Part shown: piece by piece, positions 8,810 to 19,474 of the stretch
Layout: each line of letters begins with the position of its first letter
Numbering within the stretch: the stretch's first letter is position 1
Origin: an uncultured Selenomonadales bacterium
Lineage (GTDB): Bacteria > Bacillota > Negativicutes > Acidaminococcales > Acidaminococcaceae
Assembly: GCA_900315805.1 (NCBI GenBank)
Contig: ONAN01000002.1
Location: 151,701 to 215,700, forward strand
DNA length: 64,000 nucleotides
Reading direction: 5' to 3'
Notes under the pieces: generated by a model
Databases searched by the model: none
Seen by the model: only the letters and a program-made list of their open reading frames with translations
Told to the model about the DNA's origin: nothing
Translations under genes and position numbers: made by a program

Positions 8810-10543
8810 ATGAATCTATATAAAAGACTTTTAGCCTACATCAAGCCCTATGCGAAAGTGCTGGTGGCAGCGCTCATCTGCACGGTCCTCGCAGCGGCGG
8901 GCAACCTGTACCTGCCCTGGATCATCCGCGACATGGTGGATAAGGTGCTGTCCGAAAAGAATGCCTTCATGCTGAACATGATTGCCGTCAGCATCGTGGT
9001 CATCTTCATTTTCCGCGGCATCTTCTTCTTCGGTCAGAACTATCTCATGAGTTACGTGGGGCAGCATATCATCATCGATATCCGCGCCGAGGTGTTCCGC
9101 AAGCTGCAGCGCCTGTCCATGTCGTTCTACGACAAGAACAAGACGGGCACCATCATGAGCTACGTTACGAACGACGTCAACGCTCTGCAGGGCGCCCTTA
9201 TCGAGAACACGATCGAGCTGGTGACAGAAGGTTTCATCCTCATCGGTTCCATCTGCGCCATGGTCTACCTGGACTGGCGTCTGACGATCTTCACGTTCTG
9301 CACGTTCCCCGTGGTATTGTGGTTCATGAACTTCTTCGGCCGCAAAATCCGCCGCTCCGGCGGGCAGATTCAGGAAGCGACGGCAGACATCACGTCGGTC
9401 CTGCAGGAATCGGTTTCGTCGGCCCGCGTCGTCAAGTCCTTCGTGCGCGAAGCCTATGAAATCCTGCGCTTCGACCATGAAAACATGGCGAACTTCAAGG
9501 CCAACATGCGCAACTCCCGCTATATGGCGACCCTGACGCCGACCATCGAACTGGTCGCGGCCCTGGGCGTCACGCTGATTCTGTGGTACGGCGGCCACAA
9601 CGTGTTGGACGGCAAAACGACGCCGGGCTCGCTCATCGCGTTCCTCGTCTATGCCGTGAACATTTCGAACCCCATCAAGCGCATCACCCGCGTCATCGGT
9701 CATATGCAGCGTGCCCTGGCGGCGGCACAGCGCGTGTTCAACGTGCTGGACCTGCCGGAGGAGGTCACGGATATGCCCGGTGCGAAACCCCTGCCGCCTG
9801 TCAAAGGGGCTGTTTCTTTCGAACATGTCAGCTTTTCCTATAATCCCGGCGAAGAGATCATTCACGACCTGAGCCTGTCCGTCCAGCCGGGGCAGGTCAT
9901 CGGCGTCGTCGGGCCGTCTGGCGCGGGTAAGTCGACCATCGCGAGCCTGCTGCCCCGTTTCTACAATGTGGATTCGGGCGTCATCCGCGTCGACGGTATC
10001 GATATTACGACGGTCACCCTGGATTCCCTGCGCGAGCAGGTCGGCATCGTGCCCCAGGAGACACTCCTCTTCAACGGCTCGGTCTACGATAACATCAAGT
10101 ACGGCCGGCTCGATGCCACGGAAGAGGAAATCGTGGCGGCGGCCAAGGCGGCCAATGCCCATGACTTCATCCTGAAACTGCCCCAGGGTTACCAGACCAT
10201 GCTGGGTGACCGGGGCGTGAACATTTCCGGCGGCCAGCGGCAGCGTATCGCCATTGCCAGGGCCATCCTGAAGGACCCCCGCATCCTGATCCTGGACGAA
10301 GCCACGTCGGCTCTCGACACGGAAAGCGAGCGCATCGTGCAGGAAGCTCTGAACCGGTTGATGATCGGGCGTACGGCCTTCGTCATCGCCCACCGCCTGT
10401 CGACCATCAAGAACGCGGACCGCATCATCGTCCTGGACCACGGCCGCCTCATCGAGGATGGCACGCACGACCAGTTGATGCAGTTGAACGGGCTCTACGC
10501 CCATTTGTATCAGATCCAGTACAGCAGCAAGAAAGAGGAATGA
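8810..10543 (+). CDS. msbA: Lipid A/core flippase ABC transporter (MsbA type)
   Basis: 6-TM domain plus NBD (GPSGAGKST, ISGGQRQR, ILDEATS); context in the lpx cluster. Confidence 0.9.
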   Translation: MNLYKRLLAYIKPYAKVLVAALICTVLAAAGNLYLPWIIRDMVDKVLSEKNAFMLNMIAVSIVVIFIFRGIFFFGQNYLMSYVGQHIIIDIRAEVFRKLQRLSMSFYDKNKTGTIMSYVTNDVNALQGALIENTIELVTEGFILIGSICAMVYLDWRLTIFTFCTFPVVLWFMNFFGRKIRRSGGQIQEATADITSVLQESVSSARVVKSFVREAYEILRFDHENMANFKANMRNSRYMATLTPTIELVAALGVTLILWYGGHNVLDGKTTPGSLIAFLVYAVNISNPIKRITRVIGHMQRALAAAQRVFNVLDLPEEVTDMPGAKPLPPVKGAVSFEHVSFSYNPGEEIIHDLSLSVQPGQVIGVVGPSGAGKSTIASLLPRFYNVDSGVIRVDGIDITTVTLDSLREQVGIVPQETLLFNGSVYDNIKYGRLDATEEEIVAAAKAANAHDFILKLPQGYQTMLGDRGVNISGGQRQRIAIARAILKDPRILILDEATSALDTESERIVQEALNRLMIGRTAFVIAHRLSTIKNADRIIVLDHGRLIEDGTHDQLMQLNGLYAHLYQIQYSSKKEE

Positions 10544-10555
10544 GGAAACAGCATC

Positions 10556-13108
10556 ATGTATATACTTTATAACTTCCTGGGCATCCTGGTATTCCTGTTC
10601 TTCATCCTGCCCTATTACGGATACCGCCTGGTACGGGAAAAAGGCTTCGGGACGCGGTTCCGCCAGAGCATGGGCCTGGTCCGCCGCTCCGAGTTCGAGA
10701 ACGTCATCGGGCACCATTGTATCTGGATTCACGGCGCGTCGGTCGGCGAAATCGTCGCGACGAGCCCCCTTGTCAAAGAAATCAAGAAGATCATGCCCGA
10801 ACGGAAGGTCCTTGTCTCGGCCTTCACGGTCGGTGGTTACAATATGGCCAAGCAGATTATCCCCGAAGCGGATGCCATCATCTACTTCCCGCTGGATCTG
10901 CCCTGGGTGGCCGAATCGGTGGTGCGCCGCGTGCACCCCGGCATCTTCATGCCGGTCGAAACGGAATTGTGGCCGAACTTTTTGCGGGCCATCCGCAACC
11001 GCAACATCCCCGTGATGATGGTGAACGGCCGTATTTCCGAAAAATCCGTCAAGAACTACCGGTATCTGTTCAGCATCTGGCGCGACATGCTGCGTACGGT
11101 GAGCCGCTTCTGCATGCAGTCCAGCATCGACGCGGACTACATCACGCACCTGGGAGCCGACCCGAACAAGATTTTTGTCACGGGTAACACGAAATTCGAC
11201 CAGACCTACGCCGAAGTGACGCCGGAGGATCTGGCGAACTACAAAAAGGAACTGGGCCTGCGGGAAGGAGATTTTCCCGTCATCGTCGCCGGTTCCACCC
11301 ATCCTTCCGAAGAAGAGGCTGTCCTGACGGCCTTTACGGAACTGCGCAAGAAATATCCCCGGGCGCGCCTCATCATCGCACCGCGCAAACCGGCCCGCGT
11401 GGACGAGATCCGGCGCCTGGACACGAAATTCGGATACGAGACGGGGTACCGTTCCGTCATGAAGGACATGCAGGGCGAACGGCCGTCCTATCCGGTGCTC
11501 CTCATCGATACCATCGGGGAACTGGGCCGCATCTACGCCGTCGGCGACATCGTCTTCATCGGCGGCAGCCTCATGCACCACGGCGGCCACAACGTGCTGG
11601 AACCGGCGGCCCACGCCAAGCCGATTCTGGTCGGGCCGAGCATGGAAAACTTCAAGGATTCCTATTCCTTGCTGAGCAAGGTGGGCGCCTGCCGCATGGT
11701 CCAGGACACGAAGGGCTTGGCCGAAGCGTTCCTGGAAATCGCCGGGGACGACGTGCTGCGGCAGAAGATGGGGGCGGCCTCCATCCAGGTCATCCACGAA
11801 AACCGCGGCGCCGCCATCAAGACCATGCATTACCTGACGGAACTGCTGGAAGAAGCTTCCGTTCCGAAGGCCTTCTCCCAGGTTTATCCGATTAATACGC
11901 GTAACTTCAACGATGCCGGTGGCGGCGGCCTGAAACACGGCGGCGCCATCATCCAGTATATTTTCCATCTGGCCCATTCGCCGGAACGGCCCTGGTACGC
12001 ATTCCTGCTCCTGGGCTTCCTGCGGGCCCTGTCCTGGCTCTACGGCTTCGGTGCCCGGGCCAGCTTGTGGATGTACCAGCACCATTTCCTGCCGACGAAA
12101 CGGCTGGACTGCTGCGTCATCTCCATCGGCAACATCACTGTCGGCGGCACGGGCAAGACCCCGACGACGCAGCGCGTCGCCCAGATGATCCAGAAGATGG
12201 GCTACCGCGTCGTCATCCTGAACCGCGGCTACCGGTCCCACTGGGATAAACCGCTGGGTGTCGTATCCGACGGGAAAAAGATCTATATGACCTCGTACGA
12301 GGCAGGCGACGAAGCCTACCTGATGGCCAAGACCATGCCGGGTATCCCCGTCGTCATCGGCAAGAGCCGCTACGTGACGGGCAGCTACGCCGTCAAGAAA
12401 CTGGACGCCGAAGTCATCATCATGGACGACGGCTACCAGCACTGGCAGCTGGCCCGCGACCTGGACATCGTCCTCGTCGACACGCTGAACCTCTTCGGCA
12501 ACGGCTGCCTGCTGCCGCGCGGCATCCTGCGCGAACCGTTGAGCCACCTGGACCGCGCCGACATGTTCCTCTTCACCAAGTGCGACCAGAGCTCGCAGCT
12601 GACCCGCACGACCCTGGTGGAAAACGTGCGCCGCTTCAACAAACGCGCCCCCATCGTGGAAAGCATCCACCACGCCATGAACTTCGTCGAAATCGCGGAC
12701 TGGTATAAGGGCATCCAGGTCAACGCCATCGACCTGAAGGAACTGCAGGGCAAGAAGGTCATGATCTTCTCGGCCATCGGCAACCCGTCGTCCTTCGAAC
12801 AGAACATTTCCGGCAGCGGCCTGGAAATCCTCGAAGCCGTGCGCTACCCTGACCATCACGATTACGGCATGCTGGAAATGCAGTACATCGGCGAGCGCGC
12901 GGAGGAACTCCACGCCGACGCCATGATCACGACCGGCAAAGACGCCGTCAAGATTCCCACGGAATTCATCTATTTCAACCGCGACATCCCCCTGTATGTC
13001 CTGAACATGGACATCAAGGTCACGAAAGGCGAAGATGTCTTTGAAAACGGCATCAGCCACGCCGTGAAGGATTCCCTTAAAAAGAAACACCGCAAAAACA
13101 AAAAGTGA
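10556..13108 (+). CDS. waaA-lpxK: Fused Kdo transferase (WaaA, N-terminal) and tetraacyldisaccharide 4'-kinase (LpxK, C-terminal)
   Basis: WIHGASVGE, VETELWPN, GGHNVLEPA (WaaA) then GNITVGGTGKTP, LNRGY, MDDGYQH, YPDHH (LpxK) in one uninterrupted 850-aa frame. Confidence 0.93.
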   Translation: MYILYNFLGILVFLFFILPYYGYRLVREKGFGTRFRQSMGLVRRSEFENVIGHHCIWIHGASVGEIVATSPLVKEIKKIMPERKVLVSAFTVGGYNMAKQIIPEADAIIYFPLDLPWVAESVVRRVHPGIFMPVETELWPNFLRAIRNRNIPVMMVNGRISEKSVKNYRYLFSIWRDMLRTVSRFCMQSSIDADYITHLGADPNKIFVTGNTKFDQTYAEVTPEDLANYKKELGLREGDFPVIVAGSTHPSEEEAVLTAFTELRKKYPRARLIIAPRKPARVDEIRRLDTKFGYETGYRSVMKDMQGERPSYPVLLIDTIGELGRIYAVGDIVFIGGSLMHHGGHNVLEPAAHAKPILVGPSMENFKDSYSLLSKVGACRMVQDTKGLAEAFLEIAGDDVLRQKMGAASIQVIHENRGAAIKTMHYLTELLEEASVPKAFSQVYPINTRNFNDAGGGGLKHGGAIIQYIFHLAHSPERPWYAFLLLGFLRALSWLYGFGARASLWMYQHHFLPTKRLDCCVISIGNITVGGTGKTPTTQRVAQMIQKMGYRVVILNRGYRSHWDKPLGVVSDGKKIYMTSYEAGDEAYLMAKTMPGIPVVIGKSRYVTGSYAVKKLDAEVIIMDDGYQHWQLARDLDIVLVDTLNLFGNGCLLPRGILREPLSHLDRADMFLFTKCDQSSQLTRTTLVENVRRFNKRAPIVESIHHAMNFVEIADWYKGIQVNAIDLKELQGKKVMIFSAIGNPSSFEQNISGSGLEILEAVRYPDHHDYGMLEMQYIGERAEELHADAMITTGKDAVKIPTEFIYFNRDIPLYVLNMDIKVTKGEDVFENGISHAVKDSLKKKHRKNKK

Positions 13109-13172
13109 ACGCCTGACCGGACCGCGCAGAGACTCTGGGCCGTCCGGGAAACTTCGGAAGGAGACATGTCCC

Positions 13173-13901
13173 ATGAAAGTCCTTTGTGTGATTCCCGCGC
13201 GCTATGCGTCGACCCGCCTGCCGGGCAAGCCGCTGAAGCTGATTGCGGGGAAACCCATGATCCAGCACGTTTATGAGCAGGCCAAAAAGGCGAAAAAACC
13301 GGCCGAAGTCCTGGTCGCCGTCGATGACCAGCGCGTCTACGACGCCGTCACCGGGTTCGGCGGCAAGGCCGTCATGACCCGCGAAGACCATCCGAACGGC
13401 ACGAGCCGCCTGGCCGAAGTGGCCGGCAAATATCCCGACGCGGACGTCATCATCAACGTCCAGGGCGACGAACCCATGATTCCGCCGGAAATCATCGACC
13501 GCCTGGCCGAAGCCTTCGAAAAAGAGCCGGACCTCAAGATGGCCACCATGAAGGTGCGCATGGACGAAAGCGAATACGACGACCCGTCGGCCGTCAAGGT
13601 CGTGACGGACAAGGACGGCTACGCCCTCTACTTTTCGCGCAGCCTGATGCCCTATCCGCGCCACAAGAACGAATTTTTCAAAGTCTATAAACACGTGGGC
13701 ATCTATGCCTACACCCGCGATTTTGTCCTGGAATACGCCGCCATGGCGCCGACCCCGCTGGAACAGGTGGAAAGCCTGGAACAGCTGCGCGTCCTGGAAA
13801 ACGGCTACCGGATCAAAGTCCTGGAAAGCGACTTCAAGGGCGTCGGCGTCGACACGCAGGCGGACCTGGACGCCGTCAACAAATTACTGGGAGGCAAATG
13901 A
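13173..13901 (+). CDS. kdsB: 3-deoxy-manno-octulosonate cytidylyltransferase
   Basis: [33 protein letters not shown]. Confidence 0.97.
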   Translation: MKVLCVIPARYASTRLPGKPLKLIAGKPMIQHVYEQAKKAKKPAEVLVAVDDQRVYDAVTGFGGKAVMTREDHPNGTSRLAEVAGKYPDADVIINVQGDEPMIPPEIIDRLAEAFEKEPDLKMATMKVRMDESEYDDPSAVKVVTDKDGYALYFSRSLMPYPRHKNEFFKVYKHVGIYAYTRDFVLEYAAMAPTPLEQVESLEQLRVLENGYRIKVLESDFKGVGVDTQADLDAVNKLLGGK

Positions 13902-14719
13902 TGCATACCGTACAAGCAGGTTCCTATGAAATCGGCCAGGGACATCCCCTGGTGCTCCTGGCAGGACCGTGCGTCCTCGAAGGATACGAACACAGCCTGG
14001 CCATCGGCCGGGAGGCGAAGCGCATCTGCGACAAGCTCGGCATTCCCTATATCTTCAAGGCGAGCTTCGACAAGGCGAACCGCTCCAGCTACGATTCCTT
14101 CCGCGGCCCCGGCCTGGAAGAAGGCCTGAAACAGCTGGCCGCCATCAAGAAGGAATTAGGCGTGCCCGTCGTCAGCGACGTGCACGAGACCTGGCAGGTG
14201 GAGAAGGCTGCCGAAGTGCTGGATGTCATCCAGATTCCGGCCTTCCTGTGCCGCCAGACCGACCTGGTCTATGCGGCCGCCAAGACAGGCCGCTGCGTCA
14301 ATGTGAAGAAGGGCCAGTTCCTGGCTCCCTGGGATATGAAGAACGTCATCGGCAAGATCGAAGCGGCGGGCAACCACAACATCCTGCTGACGGAGCGCGG
14401 CTCCAGCTTCGGTTACAACACGCTGGTCACGGATATGCGCGGCCTGGCGATCATGCGCGAACTGGGCTATCCCGTCGTCATGGACGCCACGCACAGCGTG
14501 CAGATTCCCGGCGGACAGGGCAAGACGAGCGGCGGCCAGAGCCAGTACGTGCCCCATATGGCGCGGGCCGCGGCGGCTGTCGGCATCGACGCCCTCTTCC
14601 TGGAAGTGCACGATGACCCGTCCAAGGCGTTGTCCGACGGCCCGAACATGGTCCGCCTGGACCAGCTGGAGGGGCTTCTGAAGCAGGTCCTCGCCATCGA
14701 CAAGATCGTCCGTGGCTGA
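13898..14719 (+). CDS. kdsA: KDO8P synthase
   Basis: [42 protein letters not shown]. Confidence 0.97.
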   Translation: MMHTVQAGSYEIGQGHPLVLLAGPCVLEGYEHSLAIGREAKRICDKLGIPYIFKASFDKANRSSYDSFRGPGLEEGLKQLAAIKKELGVPVVSDVHETWQVEKAAEVLDVIQIPAFLCRQTDLVYAAAKTGRCVNVKKGQFLAPWDMKNVIGKIEAAGNHNILLTERGSSFGYNTLVTDMRGLAIMRELGYPVVMDATHSVQIPGGQGKTSGGQSQYVPHMARAAAAVGIDALFLEVHDDPSKALSDGPNMVRLDQLEGLLKQVLAIDKIVRG

Positions 14720-14756
14720 ATGAAGGGACGGAGCGTCCCGGCAATTAGGAGGAAGC

Positions 14757-15737
14757 ATGGCAATGAATGCAATGGAAACAGATGCACAGAAAGTGCTCCG
14801 CATGGAGGCGGACGCGATTCTGAATCTGATTCCCCGCGTCGACGGCCATTTCGACGCGGCGGTGAAAATGATTATGGAGTGCCCGGGCCGTGTCGTCATG
14901 ACCGGCATGGGCAAATCGGGCATCATCGCCCATAAGATTTCGGCGACCCTGGCCAGCACGGGCACGCCGTCGTTTTACCTGCACCCGGCCGAAGGCATTC
15001 ACGGCGACCTGGGCATGGTGACGAGCGACGACGTGGTCATCGCCCTGTCCAACAGCGGCGAAACGGGGGAAGTGCTGAACATCCTGCCGTCCCTGCGCCG
15101 CATCGGCGCGAAGCTGATCGCCATGGTCGGCAATCCGGAATCGACGCTGGCCAAGAACAGCGATGTCGTCCTCAACGTCGGCGTGGAACGGGAAGCCTGC
15201 CCCCTGGGGCTGGCCCCGACTTCGAGCACGACGGCGGCCCTCGCTTTCGGCGATGCCCTGGCGATGGCCCTCATGGGCAAGCATCATTTCACGTCGAAAC
15301 AGTTTGCGGTCTTTCATCCGGGCGGCAGCCTGGGACGCAGGCTGCTCCTTACGGTGGGGGACATCATGCACACGGGCGACGAGAACCCCGTGGTCAAGGG
15401 AACGAACACCGTGACGGAGGCCCTCTTCGTCATTACGGACAAAGGCCTGGGCGCCGTGTCCGTCGTGGATGACGAGGACCACATGATCGGCCTTCTGACC
15501 GATGGCGACATCCGCCGCGGCCTGTCGAAAGGCATCGGGTTCCTGAACCGGCCCGTGACGGAGCTGATGACGAAGGACCCGAAGTTCATCACGAAGGAAA
15601 AACTGGCGGCCGAGGCCCTGCATGTCATGGAGAGCCACAAGCCGAAACCCATCACGGTACTGCCGGTCGTGGACGCCGAAAAACATATCATCGGTTTGCT
15701 GCATATGACCGACTTGGTACGCCAAGGTGTGGTATAA
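14757..15737 (+). CDS. kdsD: Arabinose-5-phosphate isomerase (KpsF/GutQ; SIS plus CBS)
   Basis: TGMGKSG, HGDLGM, SNSGET, APTSSTT, C-terminal CBS pair. Confidence 0.95.
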   Translation: MAMNAMETDAQKVLRMEADAILNLIPRVDGHFDAAVKMIMECPGRVVMTGMGKSGIIAHKISATLASTGTPSFYLHPAEGIHGDLGMVTSDDVVIALSNSGETGEVLNILPSLRRIGAKLIAMVGNPESTLAKNSDVVLNVGVEREACPLGLAPTSSTTAALAFGDALAMALMGKHHFTSKQFAVFHPGGSLGRRLLLTVGDIMHTGDENPVVKGTNTVTEALFVITDKGLGAVSVVDDEDHMIGLLTDGDIRRGLSKGIGFLNRPVTELMTKDPKFITKEKLAAEALHVMESHKPKPITVLPVVDAEKHIIGLLHMTDLVRQGVV

Positions 15738-15738
15738 T
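15730..15738 (+). promoter_or_regulatory. Extended -10 promoter element overlapping the kdsD stop codon
   Basis: TGGTATAAT (TGn-TATAAT) followed by an AT-rich spacer ahead of kdsC. Confidence 0.45.
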
Positions 15739-15785
15739 ATACTTTAATCCCGAATTTTGGAATTCTGGCTGGGAGCGTGTACGCA

Positions 15786-16355
15786 ATGACGAAAATGGAA
15801 ATGAACCCGGAAGCGCTGCAGAAGCTGGCGGCGGGCATCCGCCTGGTCGCTATGGATGTGGACGGAACCCTGACGGACGGCAGCATCAACATCGGCAGCG
15901 ACGGGGAATGTTTCAAACGGTTCAACTGCCGGGACGGGCTGGGCATCAGCACGTCGGTGCGGCACGGACTGAAGATCGCCATCGTCACCGGGCGGGAAAG
16001 CCGCATCATCCATATCCGCGCCAAGGAAGTCGGCGTGGACAACGATGTGCTGACCGGTGTGCAGGACAAGGCGGAGGCCCTGGCGGCCCTGGCCCGGCGG
16101 CATCACCTGGAGCTCCGGGAAATCGCTTTTCTGGGCGACGACCTCAATGACCTGCCGGCCCTGACGCGGGCCGGTCTGGCTGCGTGCCCGGCCGACGCCG
16201 TGCCGGAAGTCCGGGAGCGGTGCCGGTTCGTGTCCTCCCATAAGGGCGGGGACGGCGCTGCCAGGGAGTTTCTGGAATTCCTCTGGAAAGCAAAAGGACA
16301 ATGGGACACCATTGTGCAGGAATATGTGAAAATGGGACAGGGAGACAGACAATAA
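15786..16355 (+). CDS. kdsC: KDO8P phosphatase (HAD)
   Basis: MDVDGTLTDG, FLGDDLNDL, GAAREF; start could be 15777 (GTG) or 15798. Confidence 0.92.
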   Translation: MTKMEMNPEALQKLAAGIRLVAMDVDGTLTDGSINIGSDGECFKRFNCRDGLGISTSVRHGLKIAIVTGRESRIIHIRAKEVGVDNDVLTGVQDKAEALAALARRHHLELREIAFLGDDLNDLPALTRAGLAACPADAVPEVRERCRFVSSHKGGDGAAREFLEFLWKAKGQWDTIVQEYVKMGQGDRQ

Positions 16356-17323
16356 TGCTTTATACGGTCCTGAAAACGCTGAGCTTTATCTGTTCCCACA
16401 CCCCCTATAAGCTGCTTGTGCATGTCGGTCGGGGGCTGGGACACCTGTACTGGCACATCGCCAAGAAACAGCGCGTGCGCGCCGAAGAGACCATCCGGGA
16501 ACGGCTGGGCTACGACGAAGTCCGGGCGCACGATACGATTAAGAAACTGTTCGTCAATCTGGGCGTCACGGTGTTGGAAATGCTCTATATGCCGGCTCTG
16601 AATAAAGACAACATCCGCGGCCTCGTGACCTTCGACCACCCGGAAATCCTCTGGGAAGCCCTGAACCAGAAAAAGGGCGTGGTCATGCTGGCCTGCCATA
16701 TGGACAACTGGGAATGGCTGGGGGCGGCCCTGGCGTTGAACGGATTTCCGTTGAGCGCCGTGGAAAAACCGCAGCCGAACCGTGTCTATTCCGATTTCAT
16801 GAATGAACTGCGCCGCGGCGCGGGCCAGGAAATCTTCGCGCGCGGCACGAGCGAGATTTTCGGCTGCGTCCGGGCCATGCGCAAAGGCCGCATGCTGGGC
16901 CTCATTGCGGACCAGGACGGCGGCTGGGACGGCATCTTCGTCCCCTTCCTCGGCAAAATGGCTTCGACCCCCACGGGCCCGGCCTATTTCGCCAAAAAGT
17001 TCAAGGCGCCGTGCATCTCCATCTTCATCGTCCGCAAACCCGACGGATACGGCCACCAGGTCTTCGTCAAGGAACCCTTCTATTACGAGGACACGGGCCA
17101 TCCGGAAGAGGATGACGAACGCCTGACGCGGAAGATGACGGAAGCCGTCGAGGAAATCATCCGGGAATACCCCGAGAACTGGCTCTGGTTCCAGCACCGC
17201 TGGAACACTCCTTACGAGGAGGCCATGGAGCGCCGCAAACAACAGGCCGCTACCGGCAAGGGAGAGCATCACGCCCATAACCGGCACGACAAAGGGAAGG
17301 ACAGAAAGGAACAGAAGCCATGA
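16355..17323 (+). CDS. Lipid A late acyltransferase, LpxL/HtrB family, copy 2
   Basis: CHMDNWE motif, ADQDGG, WLWFQHRW; TAATG overlap with the kdsC stop. Confidence 0.88.
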   Translation: MLYTVLKTLSFICSHTPYKLLVHVGRGLGHLYWHIAKKQRVRAEETIRERLGYDEVRAHDTIKKLFVNLGVTVLEMLYMPALNKDNIRGLVTFDHPEILWEALNQKKGVVMLACHMDNWEWLGAALALNGFPLSAVEKPQPNRVYSDFMNELRRGAGQEIFARGTSEIFGCVRAMRKGRMLGLIADQDGGWDGIFVPFLGKMASTPTGPAYFAKKFKAPCISIFIVRKPDGYGHQVFVKEPFYYEDTGHPEEDDERLTRKMTEAVEEIIREYPENWLWFQHRWNTPYEEAMERRKQQAATGKGEHHAHNRHDKGKDRKEQKP

Positions 17324-17889
17324 ACCTGAAGGAGCATAAAAACCTGATCCTGGCCATCGTGGCCGGCGTCCTCGTGCTGGCCGGCCTTTTTGCCTGGCTC
17401 TTCCTGGGCGCTGCGGTACCGAAACCGACGGATAAAACAAAGGGTAGTTCGGGCGTCCGGGCCACCGTGCACAATACGGTCCTGGAGCGCAAGGAGGGCG
17501 GCAAGCTTCTCTGGCGCCTCAAAGTGGCCGAAGCGACGCAGGTCAGCGACAGCCTCATCAAGGCCAAGGACCTGGACGGCGTGGTCTACCTGAAGGATGG
17601 CGACGAGCTGAGCGTCAAGGCGCCGGCCGGGACCATCCAGATCAAGAACAATGATTTCGCCCTGGAAGAGGGCGTCATCGCCCGGTTGAAGAACGGCGGC
17701 TTTTTGCGGGCCAAGAAGGTGGCCTGGAAACAGAAAGGCGACGTGCTGACGGCGGAAGGCGACATCCGCATCGTGAAAGATGACATGCTCGCCACCGGCG
17801 GCAAACTGGAAACGACGAGCAAGCTGAAGCATTTCAAATTGTCGGATAAGGCCCATGTGGAGCGAGGAGGACATTATGCGGAAGAATAG
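17320..17889 (+). CDS. lptC: LPS export ABC transporter periplasmic protein LptC-like
   Basis: Single N-terminal TM followed by a beta-rich domain (LWRLKV, KVAWKQK); immediately upstream of lptA/lptB. Confidence 0.75.
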   Translation: MNLKEHKNLILAIVAGVLVLAGLFAWLFLGAAVPKPTDKTKGSSGVRATVHNTVLERKEGGKLLWRLKVAEATQVSDSLIKAKDLDGVVYLKDGDELSVKAPAGTIQIKNNDFALEEGVIARLKNGGFLRAKKVAWKQKGDVLTAEGDIRIVKDDMLATGGKLETTSKLKHFKLSDKAHVERGGHYAEE

Positions 17890-18748
17890 ATTCGTAAAAC
17901 CGGCACTGGCCGTGGTTCTGGCGGCTGCAGCCGTCGTACTGCCTTTCCGCCTGCATAACGCGGGTTATGCCGCGGGCGGGACTTACAGCGTCGACGCCAG
18001 CGTTATCGAATACGATATGTCGTCGGGCGACGGCAAGACGACGGGTGTCACGACCATCCGCGATGACAAGGGCACGGCGGTCGCCCAGGGCGGCGCCACC
18101 TTCAACAGCAAAAACAAGAGCGGCCATCTCTTCGGCGGCGTGGTGGCGAACCGGGAAGACCAGCACCTGCGCAGTTCCGAACTCATCATCTACAACGACA
18201 AATACATTTCCGCCGTGGGCAATGCCCGCCTGACCAAAGGCGACAAGACGCTGACGGCACCCCGCGTGGATTACCATGACGACTCGAAGTACGCCGAGAC
18301 CATCGGCGGCTCGGCCCGCCTCGATTCCACCGACGGCAGCTGGCTGACAGCCGGAAAGATCACCTATGACATGAACAGCAAGGTGGCGAACGCCACGGGC
18401 GGCGTAAACCTGGCGAACGTACCGCAGAACATGACCGGTTCCGGTGACACGGCGGTCTACAATTCCGACGGCCAGGGCTATGTGGAGCTGATCGGCAACG
18501 CCAAGGCCACCCAGAACGGCAACACCGTGACGGGCAACCGCCTGAAGATCACCAATACGAACAGCCCTGATTCCCATACGACGGCCCAGGGCAATGTGAG
18601 GATCGTCTACTATTCCCAGGGCAGCAACCCGGTCAACAATGTGGCTTTCAGCGCCGGTGCCAACGCGATGGCGCATGACGCCCATGACCTGAATCCGAGC
18701 CCGAACATCAAGACGCAGCTGGAAGCGGCGGAGGAGATTAGAGCGTGA
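17876..18748 (+). CDS. lptA: LptA/OstA-family periplasmic LPS transport protein (long form)
   Basis: Signal peptide; repeated beta-jellyroll motifs ([29 protein letters not shown]); position before lptB. Confidence 0.78.
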   Translation: MRKNRFVKPALAVVLAAAAVVLPFRLHNAGYAAGGTYSVDASVIEYDMSSGDGKTTGVTTIRDDKGTAVAQGGATFNSKNKSGHLFGGVVANREDQHLRSSELIIYNDKYISAVGNARLTKGDKTLTAPRVDYHDDSKYAETIGGSARLDSTDGSWLTAGKITYDMNSKVANATGGVNLANVPQNMTGSGDTAVYNSDGQGYVELIGNAKATQNGNTVTGNRLKITNTNSPDSHTTAQGNVRIVYYSQGSNPVNNVAFSAGANAMAHDAHDLNPSPNIKTQLEAAEEIRA

Positions 18749-19464
18749 TTATCGAAACGAAAAACCTCGTCAAGATTTACGGCGGCCGCCGGGTCGTGGA
18801 CGACGTGAGTCTTACGGTTGAACAAGGGCAGATCGTCGGCCTGCTGGGACCGAACGGTGCCGGCAAGACGACGACGTTCTACATGGTCGTCGGTATTGCC
18901 AAGCCGAACAGCGGCCAGGTGCTGCTGGACGGCGAGGACATCAGCCAGTACACCATGAGCGAGCGGGCCCGCAAAGGCATCGGCTACCTGCCGCAGGAAG
19001 CGTCCATCTTCCGGAAGATGACCGTGGAGGAAAACCTGCTGGCCATCCTGGAAACGACGAACCTGACCCATGAGGAGCAGGTGGCGAAGATGAACCGCCT
19101 CATCGAGGAGTTCCATATCGACCATATCCGGCAGAGCAAAGGCACGGCCCTGTCCGGCGGCGAACGGCGCCGCGTGGAAATCGCCCGCGCCCTGGCGACG
19201 GATCCTTCCTTCATCCTGTTGGACGAACCTTTCGCCGGCATCGACCCCCTGGCTGTGGCGGATATCCAGGGCATGGTCGCCCATCTGGCGCAGCGCGGCA
19301 TCGGCATCCTGATCACGGACCACAATGTGCGCGAAACCCTGAGCATTGTCGACAAGGCCTATATCCTGGCCAGCGGCAAAGTGCTGATCCACGGTACGAG
19401 CGATGCCATCGCCAACGACCCCATCGCCAAAAAGTATTACCTTGGCGAAAACTTCAAGATGTAG
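18745..19464 (+). CDS. lptB: LPS export ABC ATP-binding protein
   Basis: [55 protein letters not shown]. Confidence 0.97.
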   Translation: MIIETKNLVKIYGGRRVVDDVSLTVEQGQIVGLLGPNGAGKTTTFYMVVGIAKPNSGQVLLDGEDISQYTMSERARKGIGYLPQEASIFRKMTVEENLLAILETTNLTHEEQVAKMNRLIEEFHIDHIRQSKGTALSGGERRRVEIARALATDPSFILLDEPFAGIDPLAVADIQGMVAHLAQRGIGILITDHNVRETLSIVDKAYILASGKVLIHGTSDAIANDPIAKKYYLGENFKM

Positions 19465-19474
19465 GAGGAAACCG

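Noticed and set aside
8831-13174. Very long antisense ORFs (e.g. 8831-13174, 35949-39350, 2251-5115, 22322-24793, 58152-60680)
   Set aside because: They mirror well-supported genes on the other strand, have no recognisable motifs, and are expected shadows of high-GC3 codon usage
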